This document shows positions 18,362 to 27,930 of a stretch of DNA of 37,805 bases, piece after piece. This DNA is from Candidatus Heimdallarchaeota archaeon. Lineage in GTDB: Archaea; Asgardarchaeota; Heimdallarchaeia; Hodarchaeales; Hodarchaeaceae. The translations under genes and the position numbers were made by a program. Numbering within the stretch: position 1 is the stretch's first letter; each line of letters begins with the position of its first letter. Where the stretch lies: contig JBHLSH010000033.1 in the NCBI GenBank assembly GCA_048881705.1, positions 1 through 37,805 on the forward strand, given 5' to 3'. Below the pieces are notes generated by a model. The model was not told where the DNA came from and ran no database searches. It saw nothing but the letters and a program-made list of their open reading frames with translations.

Positions 18362-19036
18362 TTACATAACGCTTTGTGAAAACCGAGCTATTAGGCCTTC
18401 AAGTTGGTTCCATTTGGAAAGAGTGGCCATTGGTTGTGTGGGGAACAGATGATCAGCAATTTTCCGTGAATGAAACCATACAAACCTCACACAAGCACGA
18501 TCAGCCGCCAGGGCATCAATATAGGAATCTCCTATGTATACCGTATTATCACCTGTAATTCCTCTATCCACATGGTTTTTAAAGTAATTAATGATTGTTT
18601 CAATCCCCTCTGGTGAGGGCTTGGCCTGGGAAAAATCGTCCCGCGTGAAGATTTCGAATTTCGTCAGGTATACGAGCTCTGGATTATTCAGATAAATTTC
18701 AACACCCTTTCGAGAGTTATTTGTTAGGATCGCGGAATAAATCTGATATCTATCCAATAGTTCGGGAATGGTATGCGCACCATCAATCCCCTCAGCCGTA
18801 TTTGCGGCTTCTTCCTCAGTTTCGTAGATTCGTCTTTTGCCCTCTAGATATCTTTCTGGGTGAACCTTCCGTAGATTTTCTAGGACAAGCAATATCGGGG
18901 TCCCCGATAGTTCTTTTAATGTGGGGGGAGAATCAAAAAGCTCCGCAATAGACAATCTTATTGCCATATAGTCAATGTTTGAGCGAATCAATGTGTCATC
19001 AAGGTCGAAAATGATTAGTTTAAGGGTCTCTGACAT
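18362..19036 (-). CDS. HAD superfamily hydrolase (phosphoglycolate-phosphatase-like)
   Basis: DLDDTL motif I, LTNN motif II, KP motif III, GDSYID motif IV. Start set at MSETLK (track start 19084). Confidence 0.92.
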   Translation of the reverse strand: MSETLKLIIFDLDDTLIRSNIDYMAIRLSIAELFDSPPTLKELSGTPILLVLENLRKVHPERYLEGKRRIYETEEEAANTAEGIDGAHTIPELLDRYQIYSAILTNNSRKGVEIYLNNPELVYLTKFEIFTRDDFSQAKPSPEGIETIINYFKNHVDRGITGDNTVYIGDSYIDALAADRACVRFVWFHSRKIADHLFPTQPMATLSKWNQLEGLIARFSQSVM

Positions 19037-19344
19037 AGAAATCATCCAAGGTTTTAGCGGAGGTGGATTGGGAAACCTGCTCACTGGGGAAATGGTTGGA
19101 AGATGGACTTTATAATTTCCAAATTTTCAGCACACTAGTTCCTGTCATTGTCTTTCGTTGAACAAAGACCGATATGAGCGTGTGAGCAATTTTTACGGAC
19201 ATATGTTGTTCAATTGACGGAACCCTAATCCGAATTATATCAATTCGGGAGGAGGACAGAGGAATAGAAAAGTTATGAATCTCTTCACAACAGATTTTAA
19301 AACTACAATATTGGCTGATCATCTGAGTTAGGAGTCCTAGTGGC

Positions 19345-20544
19345 TTGGAAGTAAATAAAAGAATACCATCGCCTTCATTCTACCTTTTCTCAGTTGATCT
19401 GCTAAAAGGGATCGGAATAATTCTAATGATTATAACTCACGGCATGATTTGGTATGATTATCAGGCTGTACTTACGTGGGATCAAGGGGGGGTAAGTTTA
19501 ATATGGTTTTTTGTGGTATTAATTGGTTTATTCTTAACGTTTCCTCTTTTTTTGTTTGTCAACGGATTTAATCAGATTAATTCTTTTCTCCGTTATAGTA
19601 ACAGTGAAAAACACGGGTTAGCGAGAGACCGCGCCCTCAAACGTGGATTTATTTTTTTGGTAATAGCTTCCCTGGCCCAAATAGTCGTGGCAATAAGTTA
19701 TAACCCGTCTAATGTTCTAAACTATGTTTTAACCTGGAATTTCTTTCATCTCTTCTTTTTTTCTTCCATATTTTTTCTGGCATTGTTTGAATTAGTTTGG
19801 AAGTTAGAAAGAAGGGGGTATAATAGACAATCTTTTACAATCGGAATTTTATTGGCAAGTACTCTAACACTAATCGGTCTGTTTCTTCTCTTTCATGATT
19901 ACACAGTTTCAAGAGAGATCCCAGAATATGTGGATTTAACAATTCCTTCAATTTTAGGTTATGCCCTAATTGATTTCGGTACAACGCCCATTTTTCCTTG
20001 GTTTTCTTTTTCCTTGGTAGGAGCACTAATGGCTTCGATTTTGGAAATAATATATCTGAAACCCAGGGAAAAGATCTATCTAAGAACTCTCATATTGTTA
20101 ATGTTAAGCATCGGATTCCTTTGCCTTGGACTATGGTTATTAGGCACTGAACGTATTATTTCGACTCCGATGCATTTTCCTGCCTCTTCATCGTATGTCC
20201 TAACTTCGTTGGGGGTATTAATCCTCATTTCGCTAGTATTCTTGTTCTCATTCGATACACCCACCCTTTTTGATAGCGTTACAAGATATCCAAGGGGGAA
20301 GACTCTCTTAACTCCGATTGCGACCCTTGGAAAAATATCACTCACCATTTTCTTTTTGCATAACTTGTTATTCTTTATTCCCCCAACGTTTCTCCCTTCA
20401 GAAGCTTGGTTTTTCTCGTTAATTACATTATATTCGGTTCTGTATATTTTATTGTCGCTAATTTGGGAGAAAAGGCGTTTTAAGTATAGTTTGGAGTGGG
20501 GAATACGTAAATTGTCCTCTATTAATCTGAGGAGACATACATAA
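19345..20544 (+). CDS. DUF1624 / HGSNAT-like polytopic membrane acyltransferase
   Basis: VDLLKGIGIILMIITHG, FLFVNG, PIFPWFSF, LGKISLTIFFLH; about ten TM helices. Confidence 0.75.
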   Translation: MEVNKRIPSPSFYLFSVDLLKGIGIILMIITHGMIWYDYQAVLTWDQGGVSLIWFFVVLIGLFLTFPLFLFVNGFNQINSFLRYSNSEKHGLARDRALKRGFIFLVIASLAQIVVAISYNPSNVLNYVLTWNFFHLFFFSSIFFLALFELVWKLERRGYNRQSFTIGILLASTLTLIGLFLLFHDYTVSREIPEYVDLTIPSILGYALIDFGTTPIFPWFSFSLVGALMASILEIIYLKPREKIYLRTLILLMLSIGFLCLGLWLLGTERIISTPMHFPASSSYVLTSLGVLILISLVFLFSFDTPTLFDSVTRYPRGKTLLTPIATLGKISLTIFFLHNLLFFIPPTFLPSEAWFFSLITLYSVLYILLSLIWEKRRFKYSLEWGIRKLSSINLRRHT

Positions 20545-20706
20545 CTTCGATATCAAAGAATCTTCCCAGGATAATTAGGAACAATCAAATTGAGCCAGAT
20601 TTCCTGCAAAAACAACAGATGGTTGCAGTAGACCGACTTCACTCAGGAGCAATGATTTAGATTAGTGGCCCTTATTTAAGGTGGCAATTCCTTTCAAAAT
20701 AGGACA

Positions 20707-22803
20707 ATGGAAATCGATCAAATCCTGAGGAAGCATAACCTCTCAACTCAGATACTTCCGGAAAAGGTTAAAGAGGAAATCACGAACGAAATTGCTACCC
20801 TTAAGTCACAAAGCTATTTCAATCAAACCTTGCTTGACTTTGAAGCCTTGATCTCACATCTGGACAGCCGAACTGTCGTCCAGCAGGCCTTAAACTTCTT
20901 CAGAGAACGATTTGAAATTTCAAAAGTTGCTATTGCTCTTCTAGAGGAAAATCCGCCTGGATTCCAAGTCTATGCATACGCTTATTCTGATGAGGTACTC
21001 GTATTCAAGGGAAGATTCATTCCCCAGAAAAACACGATCATGACCAAGGTAATAAAATCTGGTCAACCGTTTTATCGCCCTGATATAGCTGAAGAGGATC
21101 ATATTTATGAAATGGATAGCCTGTTACGGGCGGCCGGAGCCCGTAGCGTGTTCTACATACCCCTATTTTATGAAAATAAGCCATTGGGAACATTAAATCT
21201 CTCTTCAAAAATTATCAACGCATTTTCAGAAAATCTGCGTAATTTAATAATTCAGCTTGCCCATCGCCTATCCTTTGTGCTGAAGAATGTTTTGTTACAC
21301 CAGCAAGTACAAAAAAACTATAATGCTTTGGAAACATCCCGTGAGAGTTATCTGGCAACCTTGCAGGCCTTAAAAGAATCAGAGGCAAAGTACAAAATGC
21401 TGGTGGAAAAATTGGACCAAGGTGTGTGCTTGGAAGATCCCAATGGATATTTTAAATTCGTAAATCCTAAAGCTGCCGAAATTTTAGGCTATGATGTTTC
21501 TGAGCTGGATGGTCAACATTGGACGATAATTGTATCCATGGAAGAACAATCCAAAGTCGCTGCCGAGACAGAAAAACGGCCAAAAGGCATTGGTTCCCGT
21601 TATGAAACCAGTATTATAGCAAAGGACGGAAGAAAGGTTCCTGTTATAGTTACTGCTGCCCCAATCTTTGGAGATGACGGGAAGTTCGAAGGAGTCTTGA
21701 CAGTTTTCACAGATATCACTGATCGTAAACGTGTGGAGGAGGATTTACGGGCATCCAAAGAGAAATATCAGATGTTAATAGAACGGATGGAAGAGGGAGT
21801 GCTTCTTGAGGATGCGGCTGGGATAATCTCGTTTGTAAATCCTCGTACCTGTGAGATGTTGGGGTACCTACAAGAAGAAATAATCGGGCTACACTGGTCG
21901 CAACTAATTCCCGCGTCAGAATTGAGCAAATTTCAGGAGGAATCAAAAAGACGTCTTCTAGGTCATAGCAGCATCTACGAGGGAACGGCATTACGCAAGA
22001 ATGGCTCTACTTTCCCCGTTATTATCTCTGCAAGGCCTATACTACGGGATGATCAACTTTTTGAGGGTGTTCTGAGCGTTTTTACCGATATCACAGACCG
22101 TATCGAAACAGAACAACAATTGAAGCAATTGAAACTGGAAGAAGAGCGCTATCATCAGATGGTATCACATTTCACCAAGAATGATTTGCATAAAATCATC
22201 AACAATCTTGAGCTATTAAAAATGAAGTACGAAGAGGAGGAAGAACTAAAACACGAAATTGTCACTGAGATCATCGAGACCTGCCAACATTCGGCGGGTA
22301 CCATAGATAAGGTAAATCGAATATTCGAGGTGCTCCAGAAGTCTCCCCAGAACGCCAATCAATGCCATGCGTTACTCGATATGGTTAATTCAGCCATTTC
22401 TCACCTGGATTCACCTTCAGACATAATTAACATTGACCTGTCAAGTTTGACCGGTATATCGTTTTATGGCCAACTTATTGATGACGCAATACTTGAAATT
22501 CTTATGTACAGTCTTCGTTTCCGTCAGGACGAAGAATACAGAATCCAAATTGAAGGCAGCTTATCTGAAAATGCCTTTTCACTTATTATAAGAGAACCAT
22601 GGGGTCCTCCTATTCCTGAAAACATCAGCCAGAAAATCGTAGGGAAGATTACGGATAAATGGACAAGTCAAGGACACTATATTGGCATTGCATTGAGTAG
22701 TGTGATATTGAGATTGAATAGCGGAGATTTGAGAATAAAACCTTTGTTTCCGAGAGGAAACGAATTCACTTTCGTACTAAAAGAACCTCTTATAACAGCC
22801 TAG
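20707..22803 (+). CDS. Soluble GAF-PAS-PAS histidine-kinase-like sensor with degenerate HATPase domain
   Basis: GAF (YIPLFYENKPLGTLNLSS), two PAS/PAC repeats (FVNPK/FVNPR...VFTDITDR), H-box SHFTKNDL; altered N, G1 and G2 boxes. Confidence 0.85.
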   Translation: MEIDQILRKHNLSTQILPEKVKEEITNEIATLKSQSYFNQTLLDFEALISHLDSRTVVQQALNFFRERFEISKVAIALLEENPPGFQVYAYAYSDEVLVFKGRFIPQKNTIMTKVIKSGQPFYRPDIAEEDHIYEMDSLLRAAGARSVFYIPLFYENKPLGTLNLSSKIINAFSENLRNLIIQLAHRLSFVLKNVLLHQQVQKNYNALETSRESYLATLQALKESEAKYKMLVEKLDQGVCLEDPNGYFKFVNPKAAEILGYDVSELDGQHWTIIVSMEEQSKVAAETEKRPKGIGSRYETSIIAKDGRKVPVIVTAAPIFGDDGKFEGVLTVFTDITDRKRVEEDLRASKEKYQMLIERMEEGVLLEDAAGIISFVNPRTCEMLGYLQEEIIGLHWSQLIPASELSKFQEESKRRLLGHSSIYEGTALRKNGSTFPVIISARPILRDDQLFEGVLSVFTDITDRIETEQQLKQLKLEEERYHQMVSHFTKNDLHKIINNLELLKMKYEEEEELKHEIVTEIIETCQHSAGTIDKVNRIFEVLQKSPQNANQCHALLDMVNSAISHLDSPSDIINIDLSSLTGISFYGQLIDDAILEILMYSLRFRQDEEYRIQIEGSLSENAFSLIIREPWGPPIPENISQKIVGKITDKWTSQGHYIGIALSSVILRLNSGDLRIKPLFPRGNEFTFVLKEPLITA

Positions 22804-22920
22804 GTACCTTTCCATATTAAATTTTGAAATAGAGCTGGAGGGGATTATAACTTAATCAACTAGTAGGATCAATTTTTATCCAAATGATTTTATGTCTTCC
22901 TTAAGTATGGATGAATATTA

Positions 22921-22952
22921 GAAAAAGGGGGTGTTATAAAAAGGGTAAAAAG
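22921..22952 (-). terminator. Oligo-T tracts downstream of gdhA (archaeal-type terminator candidate)
   Basis: Minus strand reads TTTTT...TTTT...TTTTT about 50-80 nt after the stop. Confidence 0.3.
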
Positions 22953-23001
22953 AGGAAGGTTGAATTTAACTAAAGCCTTTGACTAGGAGCCTGAGAAACA
23001 G

Positions 23002-24348
23002 TCATCCATGCACTCCTTGAGCCATCATGGCTCGGGCAACCTTTAAGAAGCCCGCTATGTTTGCGCCAACAACGAGATTCCCTTGTGCACCGTAATTCTC
23101 CGCAGCAGCCCGCGCATTCGCATGAATATTGACCATTATGCCATGTAGGCGTTGATCCACTTCTTCGCGGGACCAGGCCAATCGAAGACTATTTTGCGAC
23201 ATCTCCAGGCCTGAAGTGGCCACACCACCAGCATTAGCCGCCTTGGCTGGGCCAAAGGCAACTCCAGCATCAAGAAAAATATTGATGGCATCGATGGTTG
23301 AAGGCATATTTGCGCCTTCACCAATAGCCATAACGCCATTATCTACGAGCATCTGAGCATCTGCAGCCACGATTTCATTTTGGGTAGCACTAGGCATAGC
23401 AATATCACATTTTATTTCCCAAGGACGTTTATTCGGATAATAATCGACATTAAATTTCTCAGCATATTCTTTTATTCTGCCTCTTCTTATTTGTTTTAAT
23501 TCCAAGAAGTATTCAAACTTTTTACCAAAGGAAACCCCGTCAGGATCGTAAACAAAGCCATTGGAGTCGGAAAGAGTTACAACTTTGCCACCCAGTTGAT
23601 TAACCTTTTCTACGGTGTATTGCGCAACATTTCCTGAGCCCGATACCGTAACGATTTTATCCTTGAAATCAGTACCGCGATCCTTAAGCATTTCCTCAAC
23701 AAAATACGTGCAACCGTACCCCGTGGCTTCAGGACGAATTAAGGACCCGCCATAATCGAGACCCTTACCAGTTAATACTCCCGCATGAAATTGATTCATG
23801 ATCTTTCTATATTGCCCAAACAAGAAACCGATCTCACGACCGCCTACGCCGATATCTCCGGCAGGAACATCACAATCAGGACCAATATGGCGATATAATT
23901 CTTGCATAAAAGAATAGCAAAATCGCATCACTTCCGTGTCACTTTTCCCTTTGGGATCAAAATCTGACCCACCTTTGCCCCCGCCCATTGGCAAGCCAGT
24001 CAATGCGTTTTTGAAAACCTGTTCAAAACCTAAGAATTTAATGATGCCAAGATAGACTGAGGGATGAAATCGGAGTCCACCTTTGTATGGTCCGATTGCA
24101 GAATTGAATTGAATTCTGAATCCCCGATTGATGTGGATTTCTCCCTTGTCGTCCATCCAAGGTACACGGAACATCAGTTGCCGTTCAGGTTCGACCATCC
24201 GCTCAAGCATCTTGTTTTTAACAAACTCAGGATGTTTGTCAATGGCAGGTTGAAGTGACTCTAGCACCTCTTTAACAGCTTGATGGAATTCTTTCTCACC
24301 AGGGTTCTTTTCTACCACTTTTTCGTATACATGTTCGATGTGGGACAT
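23002..24348 (-). CDS. gdhA: NADP-specific glutamate dehydrogenase
   Basis: GPYKGGLRFHP, GGGKGG, VPAGDIGVG, GSGNVA, EGANMP, NAGGV; 448 aa. Confidence 0.97.
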   Translation of the reverse strand: MSHIEHVYEKVVEKNPGEKEFHQAVKEVLESLQPAIDKHPEFVKNKMLERMVEPERQLMFRVPWMDDKGEIHINRGFRIQFNSAIGPYKGGLRFHPSVYLGIIKFLGFEQVFKNALTGLPMGGGKGGSDFDPKGKSDTEVMRFCYSFMQELYRHIGPDCDVPAGDIGVGGREIGFLFGQYRKIMNQFHAGVLTGKGLDYGGSLIRPEATGYGCTYFVEEMLKDRGTDFKDKIVTVSGSGNVAQYTVEKVNQLGGKVVTLSDSNGFVYDPDGVSFGKKFEYFLELKQIRRGRIKEYAEKFNVDYYPNKRPWEIKCDIAMPSATQNEIVAADAQMLVDNGVMAIGEGANMPSTIDAINIFLDAGVAFGPAKAANAGGVATSGLEMSQNSLRLAWSREEVDQRLHGIMVNIHANARAAAENYGAQGNLVVGANIAGFLKVARAMMAQGVHG

Positions 24349-24544
24349 TAAAACCGCTTCCAGATTTAATTTGATAAAATTTGGATATTATGAATTCGAG
24401 GAGGTAAACTGTTTATCCACGGCCAAACTCGTTTACAACCACGGAGCCGCCAGGGGATTATTTATTTATTGCGTAATTTATTACAGTCTTACGATCTAAT
24501 CGAAAAACAGCCTTATAGTAGAAGTCAGGTTTGGTTGTTTACCA

Positions 24545-27500
24545 ATGACCGAGACCCAAGATATTCCTGATGATGATTTAGGATTCGAATACCGTCCTAA
24601 ATACAAAATCTTTCACGAACTAATGAAGAACCGAATAAATCGTGTTCTACTTGTCTCTAGTTATTACGATAGTTTTCTCTTGGAGGAAGATGGAAGATTG
24701 TCAGACCAAGTCTTCGAGGAATTTCATTCTTTGAATCTCCGCACCTTACCGAATATTACACGTGCGGGTTCCCCTGATAGAGCCCTTGAACTCCTAGAAG
24801 AGGAAGAATTTGACCTAGTCATAACGATGCGCCGTCTTGGGGGCGGATTCAATCCTTTCTCTTTTGGAAAGAAGGTAAAGAATCTGAACCCAAATCTTCC
24901 GGTTGTTCTTCTCCTAACTCATACGGCAAGTCTCACGAGTCTCGCAGAGTATGCTGAGCGGGAAGAAATAGAATATGGGATTGATGATATATTTTTGTGG
25001 AATGGAGATTCAGCAGTTTTTGTTGCTATAATCAAACTGCTTGAAGATAAGCTCAATGTCGAGCATGATACAAGTTATGGTTTGGTGCGGGTGATAATTA
25101 TAATTGAAGACAATATCAAATACTTCTCTTTATTCCTCCCGCTTATTTATGGAGAGATTATGACCCATACCCATCGTTTGATTTCGGAGGGGTTGGTATT
25201 AAACGATTACTATTCCTTATTAGCAATGCGCGCCCGTCCCAAAATCTTGTTAGCGCAGACCAATGAGGAAGCTATAACGTATTATCAGAAGTATAAGCAG
25301 TATGTTATTGGTATTATCTCTGATGTTCGTTTTCCAAAGAATGGGAAACTCGAAAGACAGGCTGGGTTCAATTTCATAAAAAAAGTGAAAAAAACCAATC
25401 CAACCCTTCCAATAGCCCTACAATCATCTGAAAAAGAGAATGCGAAGCTGGCAGAGCAGTTAGATGTGTATTTCATTTATAAAAAATCACCATTACTTCT
25501 AAAAGAGCTTCGAACATTCCTAATTAGGTATTTGGGATTTGGTGATTTTGTTTTCCGGCTTCCAGACGGTACAGAAGTGGGTAGGGCAAGTAACATAATG
25601 GAATTATACCAAGTGGTCTCCGTGGTGAATGAGGAAGCTTTGGTATACCATGGCTCCAACGATCATTTCAGCGGTTGGTTGATGAATCGAGCAGAGTTTG
25701 ATTTGGCTTTGCGTTTGAAACCAATCAAGGTCACTGACTTTGATACTGCACAGGAACTGCGTAGTTATTTGCTTAATGCTCTCTGGCCAGTTGTGACCGA
25801 AAAAACTGGAGCCGTTGTTCACACTTTTTCTCGGGAAACCCATCACCCAGATAATCGGTTTACGCGATTGCGACCTGGATCCTTAGGAGGAAAAGGAAGA
25901 GGGGTAGCGTTTCTTCAATATTTGCTCAACTCGTTTTTAATATTAGACAAACTGGCAGAAACGTTCTCAATTCGTATTCCAAAGACATTTGTGATCGGAA
26001 CCGATGAATTCGATCGTTTTATGGCTTCACATCGCCTTTATGAGACGATTATTTCAAATTCCATGACGGACGAGGAAATTAAAACAGAATTTCTTAGGGC
26101 CAAACTTACGAAGGGTTTGCGTGATGACCTTAAATTCATTTTAAGGGATCTATCAGGACCTTTAGCGGTTAGATCTTCGAGTATTTTAGAGGATTCTCAA
26201 TATCAGCCTTTTGCAGGAATTTTTCATACGTACATGATACCCAACAACCCTCAAAATCAAAATTTACGAACACGATTGAGACTATTATGTAACGCAATTA
26301 AATTAGTATATGCCTCGACCGTCCTTAAGGAAGCTCGCTCGTATACTGAATCTATGGGGTATTCCATTGAAGAAATAAGGATGGCAGTAGTAATACAACA
26401 GGTCGTTGGACAACGTCACGAAGATGATCTTTCTTATCCTAGTTTTTCTGGAGTAGCATCGTCTCTCAATTATTATACCATGGGATCCTACATGAACCCT
26501 GAAGATCGCGTCGCCTTCCTTGCGGTCGGAATGGGTAAAACTATTGTAGATGGGGAGATTTCCTTTAGGTTTTGTCCAAAATATCCTCAGGTCAGCTTTT
26601 ACTCAACTCAGAATCAACTTCTGGCGAATAGCCAACGAGAATTCTATGCTATTGATTTATCCAAGCAATCCAAGCCTGTTCTCACCGATGAAGAGTCTTT
26701 CCTTGTAAAAAAGAGCATATTTGATTTGGATAGGTTCACACTGTCACAGGTAGCGGATACCTATGATTATGACAACCAGATGTTACGAGCCGGCTACAAC
26801 GGAGAAGGAGCACCCGTAATCACCTTTAGTAAACAACTTAAATATGAAACACTTCCCTTAGCCTCATTAATTACAAAAATTTTGCAATTGGGCGAAAGGG
26901 CATTTGGAGCCCCAATAGAATTTGAATTTGCAGGAAACTTTCAGAAGATACCGAACAAACCAGCCACTTTTTATATGTTACAGGTACGTCCTTTAATCGA
27001 ACATCAGGAAACTACTTTACTCGAACAATTGGAGATAAATACGAAAGATGACCTCTTAGTGCGCTCAATTCAAACCTCAGGAAATCGTATTATCGCAGAT
27101 ATCCAAGATCTCGTCTATGTTGTCCCTGAACGATTCAATAAACTGAAAACCGCTGAAATGGTAGAGGAAATCCGTCATTTCAATGAACTGCTTGCAGAGG
27201 AGAAAAAACCCTATATCCTTATTGGACCTGGTCGCTGGGGTTCCTTAGATAGCCTCCTTGGAATACCTGTCAAATGGTCTGATATTTCAGGTGTTCAAGT
27301 CTTATGTGAGGTGGGATTAAAGGATTTCAAAGTAGAACACAGTCAGGGCAGCCATTTTTTTCAAAACATTGTAACCGCAAACATCCCTTACCTCTATATT
27401 CATCATGGTAGACAAAACGTTTGGATTGATTGGGACTGGCTTGCAAACCCTGCCTTGATGATATCGGAAACTGAATATATTCGACAAATTCGTGCTGAAA

Positions 27501-27580
27501 CTCCGTTTATTGTCCGAGTTGATGGCAAGACCCGAGAGGGTATTATTACAAAGCCTAAAAGGATATCTCTGGCACGTTAG
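24545..27580 (+). CDS. Receiver-domain / PEP-synthase (PPDK_N ATP-grasp)-like protein
   Basis: Two REC-like segments (second has IEDN, ISDVRFP, LQSS, YKK); LGGKG, AVRSSS, FAGIF, MAVVIQ dikinase motifs; C-terminal GPGRWGS...QGSHFF; no PEP-binding barrel. Confidence 0.85.
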   Translation: MTETQDIPDDDLGFEYRPKYKIFHELMKNRINRVLLVSSYYDSFLLEEDGRLSDQVFEEFHSLNLRTLPNITRAGSPDRALELLEEEEFDLVITMRRLGGGFNPFSFGKKVKNLNPNLPVVLLLTHTASLTSLAEYAEREEIEYGIDDIFLWNGDSAVFVAIIKLLEDKLNVEHDTSYGLVRVIIIIEDNIKYFSLFLPLIYGEIMTHTHRLISEGLVLNDYYSLLAMRARPKILLAQTNEEAITYYQKYKQYVIGIISDVRFPKNGKLERQAGFNFIKKVKKTNPTLPIALQSSEKENAKLAEQLDVYFIYKKSPLLLKELRTFLIRYLGFGDFVFRLPDGTEVGRASNIMELYQVVSVVNEEALVYHGSNDHFSGWLMNRAEFDLALRLKPIKVTDFDTAQELRSYLLNALWPVVTEKTGAVVHTFSRETHHPDNRFTRLRPGSLGGKGRGVAFLQYLLNSFLILDKLAETFSIRIPKTFVIGTDEFDRFMASHRLYETIISNSMTDEEIKTEFLRAKLTKGLRDDLKFILRDLSGPLAVRSSSILEDSQYQPFAGIFHTYMIPNNPQNQNLRTRLRLLCNAIKLVYASTVLKEARSYTESMGYSIEEIRMAVVIQQVVGQRHEDDLSYPSFSGVASSLNYYTMGSYMNPEDRVAFLAVGMGKTIVDGEISFRFCPKYPQVSFYSTQNQLLANSQREFYAIDLSKQSKPVLTDEESFLVKKSIFDLDRFTLSQVADTYDYDNQMLRAGYNGEGAPVITFSKQLKYETLPLASLITKILQLGERAFGAPIEFEFAGNFQKIPNKPATFYMLQVRPLIEHQETTLLEQLEINTKDDLLVRSIQTSGNRIIADIQDLVYVVPERFNKLKTAEMVEEIRHFNELLAEEKKPYILIGPGRWGSLDSLLGIPVKWSDISGVQVLCEVGLKDFKVEHSQGSHFFQNIVTANIPYLYIHHGRQNVWIDWDWLANPALMISETEYIRQIRAETPFIVRVDGKTREGIITKPKRISLAR

Positions 27581-27718
27581 TAAAGCATTTGTCTTGAAGG
27601 GGTTCATCTTTTCTTCCTTCAAAATATTGGTTCATTTTCGTTATTTTTGTGATTTTTGATTATCACCCTGTTTCTTGGTTAAAAGGACGAAATCACTAAC
27701 CAAAATGGGGTGTTTCTC

Positions 27719-27850
27719 ATGTCCGAAAAAGAAACCACTCAATCCTCTGAGAAAACCAAACAAGAATTGACCGATCTGGAACAAAAATTTGGAAAGGAAC
27801 CAAGGATTTCCTTGGAAGAGTTCCAAAAACGGAAATGGAACTGGCATTAG
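27719..27850 (+). CDS. 43-aa small protein (absent from ORF track)
   Basis: Hand translation: MSEKETTQSSEKTKQELTDLEQKFGKEPRISLEEFQKRKWNWH. SD-like GGGGTG at 27707-27712. Confidence 0.6.
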   Translation: MSEKETTQSSEKTKQELTDLEQKFGKEPRISLEEFQKRKWNWH

Positions 27851-27884
27851 CCAGTTTTGATTGGTAATTCTGCTGAGAAATACG

Positions 27885-27921
27885 ATCTTGGCACGATCAA
27901 CCTTTTAACTATCGCCAAGAT
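27885..27921 (+). promoter_or_regulatory. Inverted repeat ATCTTGGC-N21-GCCAAGAT straddling the TATA-like TTTTAA (27903-27908) of pirin 2
   Basis: Perfect 8-bp arms; TATA-to-ATG spacing fits a leaderless transcript. Confidence 0.45.
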
Positions 27922-27930
27922 TGGTTATTC

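Noticed and set aside
19100-19280. Plus-frame fragment ...DGTLIRIISIREEDRG resembling the BrnT toxin C-terminus
   Set aside because: Only a short match, two in-frame stops, no start and no antitoxin.
24349-24544. Nitrogen-regulator boxes upstream of gdhA (GTAATTTATTAC at 24473-24484)
   Set aside because: Short AT-rich palindrome; no NrpR GGAA-N6-TTCC site and wrong spacing for TnrA/GlnR or NtcA.
27641-27847. Track ORF of 68 aa on the minus strand
   Set aside because: Phe-rich antisense of the Lys/Glu-rich 43-aa plus-strand ORF, which has the SD.
27836-27850. WNW motif reminiscent of darobactin-type RiPP cores
   Set aside because: No radical SAM or other maturase in the window and the core is incomplete; TldD/E proximity alone is not evidence.
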